Positions 1 to 9,479 of a stretch of DNA of 64,000 nt are shown here, piece after piece. Source of the stretch: a virus. The stretch covers positions 1-64,000 of IMG/VR virus record IMGVR_UViG_3300034374_005666; one strand, given 5' to 3'. Position 1 is the first letter of the stretch; each line of letters begins with the position of its first letter. The position numbers and the translations under genes were made by a program. The notes beneath the pieces are model-generated. The model ran no database searches and was not told the DNA's origin. It worked only from the letters and a program-made list of their open reading frames with translations.

Positions 1-1140
1 GTGACCAATATGAGTGAAATGTTTAACGGCGCCTCCTCTTTTAATCAAGATATTGGTAGCTGGGATGTTTCGAGTGTTACGAGCATGTTTCGAATGTTCA
101 ATAGATTAACTCTATCAACTCCGAACTACGACGCCCTTCTAATCGGCTGGAACAGCCTGCCAAGCCTGCAAAGCAACGTTTCATTCAGCGCAGGCAACAG
201 CAAATACACAGCAGGAGGCGCAGCAGAGGCGGCGAGGACTAGCTTAATTAACACTTACAACTGGACTATCACTGACAATGGTGCTACTGGCATATTAAAT
301 GCCTACAAAGGCAGTGCTTTCGCAATGTCGCCTGACACGCTGTTGTACAGCACTTACTCAGCTACAGATGATATAGCAGGCAGCGTCACAAACGGCGATC
401 CCGGTCAGTTCTCTGTTGCTATTCTTCGGGATAGTGACAACGCAGTGCGCAGCTTCACACCTGCTGAGGTAGCCGATGGCACTGCAAATACTTGGGTTCA
501 GGCAGGAGCAGGTGGGGCTGCGAATGGCTTTGTGCGCAGGGGGTATGATCAATCAGTTACAGCCTTAGACGTGAGCAATCTGAACCATGGCGATCAGACA
601 ACTACGGCTAATATGCCTAAGTTGTTTGATAGCAGCACCGGGCTGATTTTGGAGAATGGTAAGGCGGCGATGGAGTTTGATGGGAGTAATGATTTTCTAC
701 GCAGCACTTTTGCATCATCAATTAGCCCTATAACAGGTTTTGCAGTTGCTAAAGCCCTAGCAGACGGGTGTTTTATCCTTGATGATGATGTTATAGTGAA
801 TTTAAATTCTATAATAAGGATAAGTGGGCAGATACGTCTGTGGACTGGCGCAACTAGCGATGAAGCTATATTTGTAACGCCATCCGATATCAACGCCCAG
901 TTATTAATATCCTACATTAATGATGTGAATAACGACCAGTTAGGTGTTAACAATAACTTTGTCATTAATAACTCAGCAGCCCCAAGAACCAATACAGGAG
1001 TTACCATTGGCGGCGCAGCTAGTAACATTGCCTTTCTAAACGGAAAAATTCAATTTGTGTTGCAATTCGGCTCCGACCAAAGTTCTAATTTCAGCGCGGT
1101 TAATGCGCTAATCAACACTGAATACAATAACATATACTAA
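1..1140 (+). CDS. DUF285/BspA-like repeat + LamG/concanavalin-like domain protein, probable tail receptor-binding protein (5' partial)
   Basis: Starts in DUF285-type repeats ([33 protein letters not shown]). C-terminal FDGSND...IGG...LNGKI pattern is LamG-like. Lies upstream of the tail genes. Confidence 0.65.
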   Translation: MTNMSEMFNGASSFNQDIGSWDVSSVTSMFRMFNRLTLSTPNYDALLIGWNSLPSLQSNVSFSAGNSKYTAGGAAEAARTSLINTYNWTITDNGATGILNAYKGSAFAMSPDTLLYSTYSATDDIAGSVTNGDPGQFSVAILRDSDNAVRSFTPAEVADGTANTWVQAGAGGAANGFVRRGYDQSVTALDVSNLNHGDQTTTANMPKLFDSSTGLILENGKAAMEFDGSNDFLRSTFASSISPITGFAVAKALADGCFILDDDVIVNLNSIIRISGQIRLWTGATSDEAIFVTPSDINAQLLISYINDVNNDQLGVNNNFVINNSAAPRTNTGVTIGGAASNIAFLNGKIQFVLQFGSDQSSNFSAVNALINTEYNNIY

Positions 1141-1685
1141 TGGACTACACCCAAAGCATCGACATAGAACAAACAGCAGAAGGCTACACCCTAACAGTAG
1201 AAAGCCTAATTGACGAGCAGCCCATCACCACAACGCTGAACTTCGCAACAGCAGAAGAGCTGAAAGCCTACGTCTTCCCTCAGATCGAGGAAGCCCTAGC
1301 ACGCGAGGTAATCGCACAACAGCAGGCGAAGCGGTGGGAAGGTACAGCACGCGCATGGTTCAGGGAGTTGAACGGCGTTAGTCAAAACGACTACTACAGC
1401 CAAAAGCGGCCTCAAATAATCACATGGATGCAGGGCTACCATTGGCGATACCGCGCACCCGGCGAGGATGCTGTAGATTGTGAACTGCTCAGTTCAGGTT
1501 TTTTGCGCAGGTTAGAAAACCCCGGCAACGTCTTCAGGCTTACCCCTGACAACAAACGAAGATGGTCAGGCAGGCAGCCGGGCGGCGACTTGTTTGAGAT
1601 GCTTAGCTCAGATCAGGAGTTTTGGCGGGGCACAGACGCAGCAGGCGAAAAGCATATTATCAGACGAATCAAAAAGCAAGCATAA
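1140..1685 (+). CDS. hypothetical protein (GC-rich tail-associated module)
   Basis: 181-aa ORF coupled to the previous gene by a TAATG overlap. Confidence 0.6.
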   Translation: MDYTQSIDIEQTAEGYTLTVESLIDEQPITTTLNFATAEELKAYVFPQIEEALAREVIAQQQAKRWEGTARAWFRELNGVSQNDYYSQKRPQIITWMQGYHWRYRAPGEDAVDCELLSSGFLRRLENPGNVFRLTPDNKRRWSGRQPGGDLFEMLSSDQEFWRGTDAAGEKHIIRRIKKQA

Positions 1686-2236
1686 TGGGCACAAATTGGC
1701 TATGCCTTACGGCAACGACATACGAAAGCGAAGTACCAAACGAGGTTCTGAGCTATTACGATCAGCAGGCAGGCACCACATGGGCAGAACTCGCAGCCTA
1801 CCTAGTGTCACAGAAGCTCGCACGATTCCCGCGTGGCCCTGTCACTATCGAAGGCGTGCAATGCTACTTCGTTAATATCGAGGTAGACCATATTAGCGTC
1901 ATGGCGCAAGCTATTCAGGCGCTTGAGGCCGTAACGCCTTTTGGCTATCAGCACACGACAAAGCAGATGGAAGTGCTATTCGGGCAGCAATACTACACAG
2001 GCTCGCTCAGCGCTGTGAATGCGTACAACAACGCTGTCAATGCGCACGAAGCAGCGAAGAACCCGACAAATGGGTTCAACTTCGGCGCACTGTCATGGGC
2101 ATCTGCTATCGAGAATGCAAGCGACCCAACACAGTACGCAATCCTGAAGCACCCTGAAGTTGATAAGGGTGGCATCGCATTGACATTAATCGAAGGCGAG
2201 CTGCCCCAAGGGTGGCTGCCGGAACCGGAACTATAA
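1685..2236 (+). CDS. hypothetical protein (GC-rich module)
   Basis: ORF track 1622..2236; ATG at 1685 in a TAATG overlap is the likelier start. Confidence 0.6.
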   Translation: MGTNWLCLTATTYESEVPNEVLSYYDQQAGTTWAELAAYLVSQKLARFPRGPVTIEGVQCYFVNIEVDHISVMAQAIQALEAVTPFGYQHTTKQMEVLFGQQYYTGSLSAVNAYNNAVNAHEAAKNPTNGFNFGALSWASAIENASDPTQYAILKHPEVDKGGIALTLIEGELPQGWLPEPEL

Positions 2237-2248
2237 AATAATAATAAG

Positions 2249-2575
2249 ATGCTGACACAAAATGATAAAAGAAAAAGAGGTAGTTTTAATAGAGGAGTAG
2301 AGAGCCATCAAGCTACAGTAAATAGCTTTGGTTGGAATTCTCATAAATATCTGGCTAACGGAGACTCTGATAATATTTCTAAATTCTGTGCTTTACAGAT
2401 TGTAGGAGACTCAGGTCAAACTGTTACAGTAAGCTATAAGACTATTTCTCAGAATGGAACTACTTCTGCTTTAACTAGTGAAGAACTTTACGTAGGAGAT
2501 ACAGTATATGGCTATGAGTTAACAGAAGTTTCTGTTTCTGCTGGAGATGCCAGAATTAGAGCTTATTATGCATAA
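2249..2575 (+). CDS. hypothetical virion-associated protein
   Basis: 108-aa beta-rich ORF in the structural block. Confidence 0.55.
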   Translation: MLTQNDKRKRGSFNRGVESHQATVNSFGWNSHKYLANGDSDNISKFCALQIVGDSGQTVTVSYKTISQNGTTSALTSEELYVGDTVYGYELTEVSVSAGDARIRAYYA

Positions 2576-3143
2576 TTACAAAATACCAAAGGGTAAACAT
2601 ACCAGTTGGAATTTAAGGAGATTAATAACCAGACTACTGCCAATCAAAGCAAAGTCTGGTTTATCTCTTGAGTTTGAAGCTCAGATAATGACTGAGCCTT
2701 ATGATATACGCCCTGATGCAGATCAGGATGATAGGCATAAGCTAATAGGCTTTAGCATGAAATGGCTTACGCTGCTTAACAACAAGAATGCAGCGCTTGT
2801 AAGTTTTCAGGCAGATGCAGCTAATGGTAGATGGAATATTAATCCATACGTAAATAAGAACTTAGATTGGAATACAGGATTAGATTTTCCAGTATATGCT
2901 GGAGATAAGTTCTATGGAAGGTTTAAGTTTGTATCTTTACGTAAGGTAGAAATAGTTGTTTGGAATGATCTAATTAAATCAGAACCATTAACTTGTGAGT
3001 GGTCTTTCAATGCTATTTTACTAGGTATGTTATTGCCTTGGCATGGTGGTAAAGATAATGATAAGAACGGAATAGGTGGAGTATCACCTGTGGATTTGAA
3101 TATAAAACTAAAATACAAATGGACAAGAAAGAAAAAACAGTAA
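2568..3143 (+). CDS. hypothetical protein, possible lectin/concanavalin-like fold
   Basis: ORF track 2547..3143; ATG at 2568 is the likelier start; aromatic beta-rich with PWHGG motif. Confidence 0.5.
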   Translation: MHNYKIPKGKHTSWNLRRLITRLLPIKAKSGLSLEFEAQIMTEPYDIRPDADQDDRHKLIGFSMKWLTLLNNKNAALVSFQADAANGRWNINPYVNKNLDWNTGLDFPVYAGDKFYGRFKFVSLRKVEIVVWNDLIKSEPLTCEWSFNAILLGMLLPWHGGKDNDKNGIGGVSPVDLNIKLKYKWTRKKKQ

Positions 3144-3322
3144 CGTGGGTATGTACAATTGCTACTAAACTAGCAGGTCTTCCACTACCTAAATTGGAAC
3201 AATTTGAGTTTGAGTATCCTTTGCGTAAAGTACCTACTCACACTAACTTGAAAGAAATTGTAAGAGGTATGAAGAAATGGAATGTAGATGATCTTACTAT
3301 TTTGCCTCCTATGAGAAAGTAA
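3119..3322 (+). CDS. hypothetical protein
   Basis: 67-aa ORF packed into the operon. Confidence 0.5.
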   Translation: MDKKEKTVTWVCTIATKLAGLPLPKLEQFEFEYPLRKVPTHTNLKEIVRGMKKWNVDDLTILPPMRK

Positions 3323-3327
3323 TTACT

Positions 3328-3744
3328 ATGACACCGCTCTTTAAAATACAAACATCTATGCAATTTAATTTGGCAGATATACTAACTATTCTCAGCCTTT
3401 TAGGGGTACTGGTAGGAGTATATGTTACTTTACGTAGAGATCAGGTTAGAGTATCTACTATTATACAACAGCACGAGGAAAAGCTCAAAGAATTAGGACT
3501 TACTGTAAAAGAAGAAACTAACAAAAGAGACATAGACAATAAAGAGCTATGGACTAAGTTAGTCAGTATAGAAAGTAGTCAGAGTAGAACTAATGTATTT
3601 TTAGAAGAGAATTTAAAGTCTATAAACAGGCTACTTGAGATACATGATCTATCTATTAAAAAGATAGAAGATAAATTTACTGAGCAGGAAAAAAACATTA
3701 ACGAGTTCTATAGAACATACGAACTTACAAAGAAAGAAAGATGA
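3328..3744 (+). CDS. N-terminal TM helix + coiled-coil protein (holin/XhlA-like architecture)
   Basis: ILTILSLLGVLVGVYVTL hydrophobic helix followed by a heptad-rich soluble region. Confidence 0.5.
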   Translation: MTPLFKIQTSMQFNLADILTILSLLGVLVGVYVTLRRDQVRVSTIIQQHEEKLKELGLTVKEETNKRDIDNKELWTKLVSIESSQSRTNVFLEENLKSINRLLEIHDLSIKKIEDKFTEQEKNINEFYRTYELTKKER

Positions 3745-3962
3745 CCTGGTTGAGTGAACTTGGAGAAAAAAGTAGTAGAACAGATATATGGGTAGGCCTG
3801 TATACTCTGACTTTTTTGTTATGTCTGTATTTACATGTTGCTTGTGGTACAGGTATTATTGAGCAGTGTAATGATAACTTTCTATCTTACAATCAATACA
3901 TTCTCTCTACTTTAATACTAGGTATTATGGTTGATCTCGGTATTAAACAATGGAAAAAATGA
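3741..3962 (+). CDS. small two-TM membrane protein, putative holin
   Basis: Two hydrophobic segments and a basic C-terminus (KQWKK). Confidence 0.45.
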   Translation: MTWLSELGEKSSRTDIWVGLYTLTFLLCLYLHVACGTGIIEQCNDNFLSYNQYILSTLILGIMVDLGIKQWKK

Positions 3963-4408
3963 AGATAACACATAATGAAGATTATACTACGCTTACGCTT
4001 CAATCTGATTTAATTGCAGACTGGACAGGTATAGACTCAGTTACACTAAAGGCTAGTATTAATTGTGGCTCTACTGTATATACAGACACTATACTTCAAG
4101 CAGATGTAGATAATACAGGACTGTTTACAATAGATTTGAATGCATTATTCAATAATACTGATTTGCTGGATGGAGTATATAGCTTTACTATAGAAGTAAA
4201 CAAGAGTGATGTTATTACTAAAGATTACGCATGTTTATTTGTAGATAAACTCACTAAATGTAAAGTGGCTGAATGTGTAAAAAACAGTCGCAATGTAGAA
4301 CTTCAATTAGATTACTATATACTGAGTAGAGCATCTGGATGTGAATGTCAGTGTGATGATATGTGTATAATTTACAATAGACTAAATAATGAACTTACTT
4401 GCTGTTAA
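3950..4408 (+). CDS. Cys-rich virion structural protein (tail region)
   Basis: 152 aa with Cys-rich C-terminus, positioned before the tail genes. Confidence 0.5.
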   Translation: MEKMKITHNEDYTTLTLQSDLIADWTGIDSVTLKASINCGSTVYTDTILQADVDNTGLFTIDLNALFNNTDLLDGVYSFTIEVNKSDVITKDYACLFVDKLTKCKVAECVKNSRNVELQLDYYILSRASGCECQCDDMCIIYNRLNNELTCC

Positions 4409-4673
4409 AGCAGCTCAGGATAGAGCTAGATGGATCAAGGACAAATACCATTATGGTGTAGAATGTAATCATTGCAAGTATGATTACTTGGAACCAGCTA
4501 TGGATGACTTTACCAGCCAGTGTTTTGATATATGCACAAAGGATATTGTATTGACTCTTCCTGGATTTACTACACCTGGGCAAACTACAGTTATCACTGA
4601 TTGCACTGTACCTTTACCAGAAGATGTTACAGTTAATGTGTGTACTCCATCTATACAAATAACAGAGATATGA
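4389..4673 (+). CDS. Cys-rich hypothetical virion protein
   Basis: 94-aa ORF overlapping both neighbours. Confidence 0.5.
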   Translation: MNLLAVKAAQDRARWIKDKYHYGVECNHCKYDYLEPAMDDFTSQCFDICTKDIVLTLPGFTTPGQTTVITDCTVPLPEDVTVNVCTPSIQITEI

Positions 4674-5632
4674 TTACTATAAACAAAACATATAAATTTA
4701 CAGGTTCTGCTACAGCTACTACAGTAACTTATACATGGGAATCAGGTAATGAATGTGCAGGTGTTACTCCTTCATCAGGTACAGTTGCATCTGGACAAAC
4801 TGTAGACTTTGTATTTACATATGAAGATGAAGCATGTACATCTACAGAATTTACACTAAGCGTGTATGATGATATATGTGAAACTCCTGTAGAGCAGACT
4901 TACTCTTATGCTAATCCATGTACAGGTTTGTCAGCAGCTATCAAACAAACTACTGAAGGCAGTAATCCATTCGTATTTACAGTGCTTCCAACAGGAGGAA
5001 CTTTTCCATACAACATTCAATGGATATACAATACTGCTGTATTTCAACCAGCAAGCCAAAACTCTAATACTCCTGACAATATTCTATATCTGGAAATTAA
5101 GCCTTCAGTGACCATTTTGCCTTCTGCTGCAAAAGTTACTGCAAATATTACAGATGCTAATGGGTGTACAGTATCAGTAGAGAAAAAGCTTGATCTATGT
5201 CAGCCTACAGTAATTAATGTACTTGCTGAAGCTGTATGTATTGTACCATTTACAGTAGGAGGTATTTCAGCTACTACATTTGCAGGCGGTATTGAACTTA
5301 GTGCAAGTGAATGCTCAGGTACTACTATAGATTGGTCTACTATACAGTTAAGCTATGATACAAGCAAACTGTTTGTACAGACAAACCTGAATATTATGAC
5401 TGTCTATGCTATAGCTGGTGTAGTAGCTCAAACCTATAATATTACTTATACAGTTAAGAATAGCATAGGTGTTACTTCCACAGAAGGAGTAGTAACTGTC
5501 AGTGTACCTGTATGTACAACTGATTCTTTATCAGGCCCATCTATGCCTACAGCAGTCAGTAAAAAGTTTGCATCTGGAGCTACATCAGGAGACACATTGG
5601 AACTTAATCTTGAAAATATAATCTCAGCATAA
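4670..5632 (+). CDS. Thr/Ser-rich Ig-like repeat virion protein
   Basis: SprB/Ig-like motifs (PTGGTFPY, ITDANGC, YTVKNSIG); ATG at 4670 in an ATGA overlap. Confidence 0.6.
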   Translation: MITINKTYKFTGSATATTVTYTWESGNECAGVTPSSGTVASGQTVDFVFTYEDEACTSTEFTLSVYDDICETPVEQTYSYANPCTGLSAAIKQTTEGSNPFVFTVLPTGGTFPYNIQWIYNTAVFQPASQNSNTPDNILYLEIKPSVTILPSAAKVTANITDANGCTVSVEKKLDLCQPTVINVLAEAVCIVPFTVGGISATTFAGGIELSASECSGTTIDWSTIQLSYDTSKLFVQTNLNIMTVYAIAGVVAQTYNITYTVKNSIGVTSTEGVVTVSVPVCTTDSLSGPSMPTAVSKKFASGATSGDTLELNLENIISA

Positions 5633-6687
5633 TGGCACTTTGTACAAATATAGATTGGTCTACTTTTACATTTATAGCTGGTTCAGGACAAACTCTTGTA
5701 TCAGCTACAGAGCTTACAGGCTTAAATGGTACTGCTACCTTTAATCAAGCTACTAAGACTATTGAGTATGAACTTGGTACTGCAAGTTGTCTTGTAGACC
5801 CTATTGCATTTCAGGTATCAGATGTAGATGGGAATGTGAGTAATATCAGTACATGGTATGTAGACACTACGCCTGTTACAGCTCCTACATTAACAGGAGA
5901 CAGTCTGACACTAGCTGCTGGAGAAATCAAGCTGCTTAATGCGGTTAGCAATGATACAGGTAACATCAATAAAGCCAGCTATGAAGTAGTTACTCAACCT
6001 ACTAAAGTATCTGTTGCTAATAATAATGATGGTACATTTAATATCATAGCCAGTGATACAGTAGAAGGTTCAGATAGTTTTACATACAGAGCAGCTACAC
6101 CCGAAGGTGTTTATGGTAGCCCAGCTACTGTAAGTTTGACTATTCAGAATGCTGGATTAGATGGAGCAGGTACTATATGTCCTGTAACAGGAATAGACTT
6201 GACTAGCTTCTTAGTTGGAGATGTTACTGCTGGTGGTACTTGGGCTGCTGATCCAGATAATTTAAGTACTCCTTCTTTAGTAGACCCTACTGATGTAGAC
6301 TTTGATGCAGTCAAGGCTGGTACATATATTTTTACTTACACAGTAGGAGATTCAGTAGCTACAATTACTCTTACACTTCCTGCTTATGGAGTTACTATAG
6401 ATTCTGTCAGTACACCTACAAGTAACCCATTAGCTGCTGCTGTTACATCTACAGTACAGTTTACTACTATTGGTGTTATATCTGCTGCTAATATTTCTAT
6501 AGAAGTAGACTTTAATAGTGGTACTGATATAGATACATACGAACCAGACACATGGAATGCAGAGACAGGTGTAGGTACAGTAGTAGTAGCATTAGATAAT
6601 GGAACAGGAGATTACGATATAACAGTTAGTGCTATTGATTCTTGTGGGACTACAGGTACAGCTACAGCTAGTACAATCACGTTATAG
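5632..6687 (+). CDS. Ig/cadherin-like repeat virion protein
   Basis: LNAVSND...GSDSFTY cadherin-like pattern; TAATG coupling. Confidence 0.6.
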   Translation: MALCTNIDWSTFTFIAGSGQTLVSATELTGLNGTATFNQATKTIEYELGTASCLVDPIAFQVSDVDGNVSNISTWYVDTTPVTAPTLTGDSLTLAAGEIKLLNAVSNDTGNINKASYEVVTQPTKVSVANNNDGTFNIIASDTVEGSDSFTYRAATPEGVYGSPATVSLTIQNAGLDGAGTICPVTGIDLTSFLVGDVTAGGTWAADPDNLSTPSLVDPTDVDFDAVKAGTYIFTYTVGDSVATITLTLPAYGVTIDSVSTPTSNPLAAAVTSTVQFTTIGVISAANISIEVDFNSGTDIDTYEPDTWNAETGVGTVVVALDNGTGDYDITVSAIDSCGTTGTATASTITL

Positions 6688-6722
6688 TTGATCTTGTTTA
6701 AATAGTTTAGTTGATTTATCAG

Positions 6723-6753
6723 GAGGTTGGCATTACAGCTAACCTCTTTTTTT
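6723..6753 (+). terminator. Rho-independent terminator
   Basis: GAGGTTGGC-ATTACA-GCTAACCTC followed by T7. Confidence 0.8.
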
Positions 6754-6814
6754 GTAACTTTACAAACATAGAATTGCTTTTATTTATTTAACTAAACAAT
6801 TATATTTAAGATCA

Positions 6815-7576
6815 ATGAATGAATTTAGACATATCGTATTCTATGAGAAAGATCATAGTTACATTAATGTAAACAACCAAAAGAAATATACGTCTGTAAC
6901 TAGCTTTATTAAGACATTATTTCCTGAATTTGATAGTAATTATTGGGCTGTTTACAAACATCTTGAAAGACAAGGATTTCAATGTAGAAAAGCTAAACAT
7001 GGTATTATTCTGGCTAATGGAGAACCTGTAGACCATAATGACTATATAGAGGATGCACAGTATATACTGGATGAATGGGCTGATATAGCTAAAGCAGCTA
7101 CTGATAAAGGAACAGCTATTCATCTATGGTTAGAGAATGCTTTCAACAATAAAATAACAGAATCAGACTATGATATATCTGTAGCTAAAAAGTTCTGGCA
7201 AGATCATAGTCATATGAAACCTGTACATGCAGAATGCATAGTAGCTGATGATGAACTAGAGCTTGCAGGACAAGTAGACAGACCTTTTCATGTAGTTGAT
7301 AACGTACTTGATTTGTATGATTACAAAACTAACAAAGAGATCAAGTTTGAAAACAAGTTTGAAAAAGGTGTAGACAACTTAGATAATTGTAGTTTTAACA
7401 TTTATATGTTACAATTGAATATCTACAGAGAAATTATAGAGCGTAACACAGATTATAAAATAAGATTTATGCGTCTTGTACATTTGACTGATGAAGACTA
7501 TCAAATTATAGACGTGCCAAAATACAATATGAATGACATATTCAGAAGTCTTATCGACAATAAGACAAACAATTAA
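6815..7576 (+). CDS. PD-(D/E)XK nuclease (RecB/Cas4-like superfamily)
   Basis: SVT, GTAIH, E, AGQVD, DYKT and YxLQLNIY motifs. Confidence 0.8.
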   Translation: MNEFRHIVFYEKDHSYINVNNQKKYTSVTSFIKTLFPEFDSNYWAVYKHLERQGFQCRKAKHGIILANGEPVDHNDYIEDAQYILDEWADIAKAATDKGTAIHLWLENAFNNKITESDYDISVAKKFWQDHSHMKPVHAECIVADDELELAGQVDRPFHVVDNVLDLYDYKTNKEIKFENKFEKGVDNLDNCSFNIYMLQLNIYREIIERNTDYKIRFMRLVHLTDEDYQIIDVPKYNMNDIFRSLIDNKTNN

Positions 7577-8198
7577 AGAAGTAGATGACGATAGCAAGTA
7601 CACAGACAGCTATCTGTACTCTCTATGGAAATTAGGTAGAGCTAAGTTTTTAAGCAGACAGCTTGAAGCTAAAAACTATGTAGATAGCCAAAACTGGATT
7701 TCTGTTTGTCTTGAATTAGAGAAAGCAAAGAGTCACGATTGTAGCTGTATAGAAGTAGGGTGTGATGTTCTTAGAACAAAGCACCCTATTGCTACATCTA
7801 TGACTGGTAGAGTCAGTACTAATCTTGAAGTAAGAACACTGGATGGTACGTTGATCCCACACAGATATGCTAATGAGATTAAGACTGATATGCTTGATCC
7901 AATTAAAAAGAGCAGGCTTGGATATGAAATCATAAACAGTAAGATAGTTATATGGAATACACTTGAGCTTAAAGTTATTCAGATCAGACAATTGACTGAT
8001 GACCCACTGTACTACAATGATTTACAGTATTGTGATGAAAAGATTGGTACTCCAGATTGTTTGGATATTTACGGTACACAGACAGGTTTACCTGAAAAAC
8101 TTGAAGAGCTTGTTCTAAGAAATACACTTGAATTATTAAATATACCATTAAGCAGACCAGATGATTACTCCCAAGATTCTAACCCAGAAAATAGATAG
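7533..8198 (+). CDS. crAss-like tail ring/adaptor protein
   Basis: Size, and position directly before the IHF-like, tubular and stabilisation genes as in crAss-like phages. Confidence 0.55.
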   Translation: MTYSEVLSTIRQTIKEVDDDSKYTDSYLYSLWKLGRAKFLSRQLEAKNYVDSQNWISVCLELEKAKSHDCSCIEVGCDVLRTKHPIATSMTGRVSTNLEVRTLDGTLIPHRYANEIKTDMLDPIKKSRLGYEIINSKIVIWNTLELKVIQIRQLTDDPLYYNDLQYCDEKIGTPDCLDIYGTQTGLPEKLEELVLRNTLELLNIPLSRPDDYSQDSNPENR

Positions 8199-8691
8199 AC
8201 CTAATAAAAACTATCCTAATGGATATATTGGGCCTAAGCATTTCTTTAAAAGATACCCATACAAGACTACTGTATCTGGCAGCAGGTCTAATATAGTAGC
8301 TGTAGATGAACTGTCTGACCATCCATACAGGCTTACACAAGGTCAATTTAGTAAGATCATTCAGACCTATTTTAAATATCTGGCTGAATATTTAATTACT
8401 GGAAAGGTATATGAATTTCCTGTAGCTAGACTAGGTAGTATCAAGCTAGTTAAGCTCAAGTGGACACCGAAAATTAACTTTCCTCTGTACAATAAAGAAG
8501 GTATCAAAGCTCCTGTAAAGAATGATTACATGAATGGATATATTTATCAGATACTATGGTACAAGAAACCATTTCAGTTCAAAGACTTATGGACTATGAA
8601 GCTGTCTGCAAAAATAATGCGCAAGCTTTATACTATGACAATGAAGAATCCAAGTCTATTTTATAATATAGATTCAAAATACGGAGTATGA
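8161..8691 (+). CDS. IHF/HU-like protein of crAss-like tail module
   Basis: Basic protein with G-x-x-Y-x-F-P...LGSIKLVK (HU/IHF-like); conserved crAss-like gene order. Confidence 0.6.
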   Translation: MITPKILTQKIDRPNKNYPNGYIGPKHFFKRYPYKTTVSGSRSNIVAVDELSDHPYRLTQGQFSKIIQTYFKYLAEYLITGKVYEFPVARLGSIKLVKLKWTPKINFPLYNKEGIKAPVKNDYMNGYIYQILWYKKPFQFKDLWTMKLSAKIMRKLYTMTMKNPSLFYNIDSKYGV

Positions 8692-9479
8692 TACAGCTTG
8701 ATGCAGTCTTTAACTATATACCAAAGCAAGTCAGACAAGACCTGGCTGATGATGACCAGATTAGATCTTGGGCATTGCAAGTACTTAAGATGCTACGTGT
8801 ACCTAATAGCCGATATGTAAAAGATATACACTTTGACCAGGTTGTTAATCACAAGGTCAAGCTACCTGCTAATCTCAAAAAGATATACAAAGTAAGCTAT
8901 GCTAAAGAACCACCTACTAACGATCAATTCAATGATTTCTGTAGGTGTAAAGGCACTACTGATAGCTTGGATGTACTTGACCAGGATTGTACACAGATTT
9001 ATCATCATTTGTTTTTGTCCTCAGATTACTACTTGAGCCAATATGCACCACTGGCATATAAAGGTATGACTTTGACAGATAATTATATCTGTAATGTTAA
9101 TTGGGGTGGATGTAAAGGCTTTTACAGTATAGATACAAGTAGAAACTATTTGACTGTATCAGAGCAGAATGGGTATATAGCTATAGAGTATTTTGCTGAA
9201 TATACACTGGATGGTAAGTTTATGATACCTGATCTTGAAGAGCTTAAGCTTGCTATGAGCCATTATGTTGTAGCTCAATACTATAGAGGCAGAGTGACTA
9301 ATGCAGAGGCTAACAGCAACACTCTTTATATGCAGAACCTGCAACAAGCTAAAACATTTCTGCTTGATGCAAGAGCACAGCTTATTGGTGCAAATATTAA
9401 TGTACCACTGCATAGAGAATTGATTAATTACGATAGCAGAATTACTAAGATTCATAGAAGATTCGAGACACATGATTAA
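8688..9479 (+). CDS. tail tubular / ring protein
   Basis: VKLPANL and YIAIEY...DGKFMIPD patterns; lies before the stabilisation protein. Confidence 0.65.
   Translation: MIQLDAVFNYIPKQVRQDLADDDQIRSWALQVLKMLRVPNSRYVKDIHFDQVVNHKVKLPANLKKIYKVSYAKEPPTNDQFNDFCRCKGTTDSLDVLDQDCTQIYHHLFLSSDYYLSQYAPLAYKGMTLTDNYICNVNWGGCKGFYSIDTSRNYLTVSEQNGYIAIEYFAEYTLDGKFMIPDLEELKLAMSHYVVAQYYRGRVTNAEANSNTLYMQNLQQAKTFLLDARAQLIGANINVPLHRELINYDSRITKIHRRFETHD

Noticed and set aside
6815-7576. Cas4 as part of a CRISPR system
   Set aside because: It is a stand-alone PD-(D/E)XK nuclease lacking the Fe-S Cys cluster pattern and any cas context.
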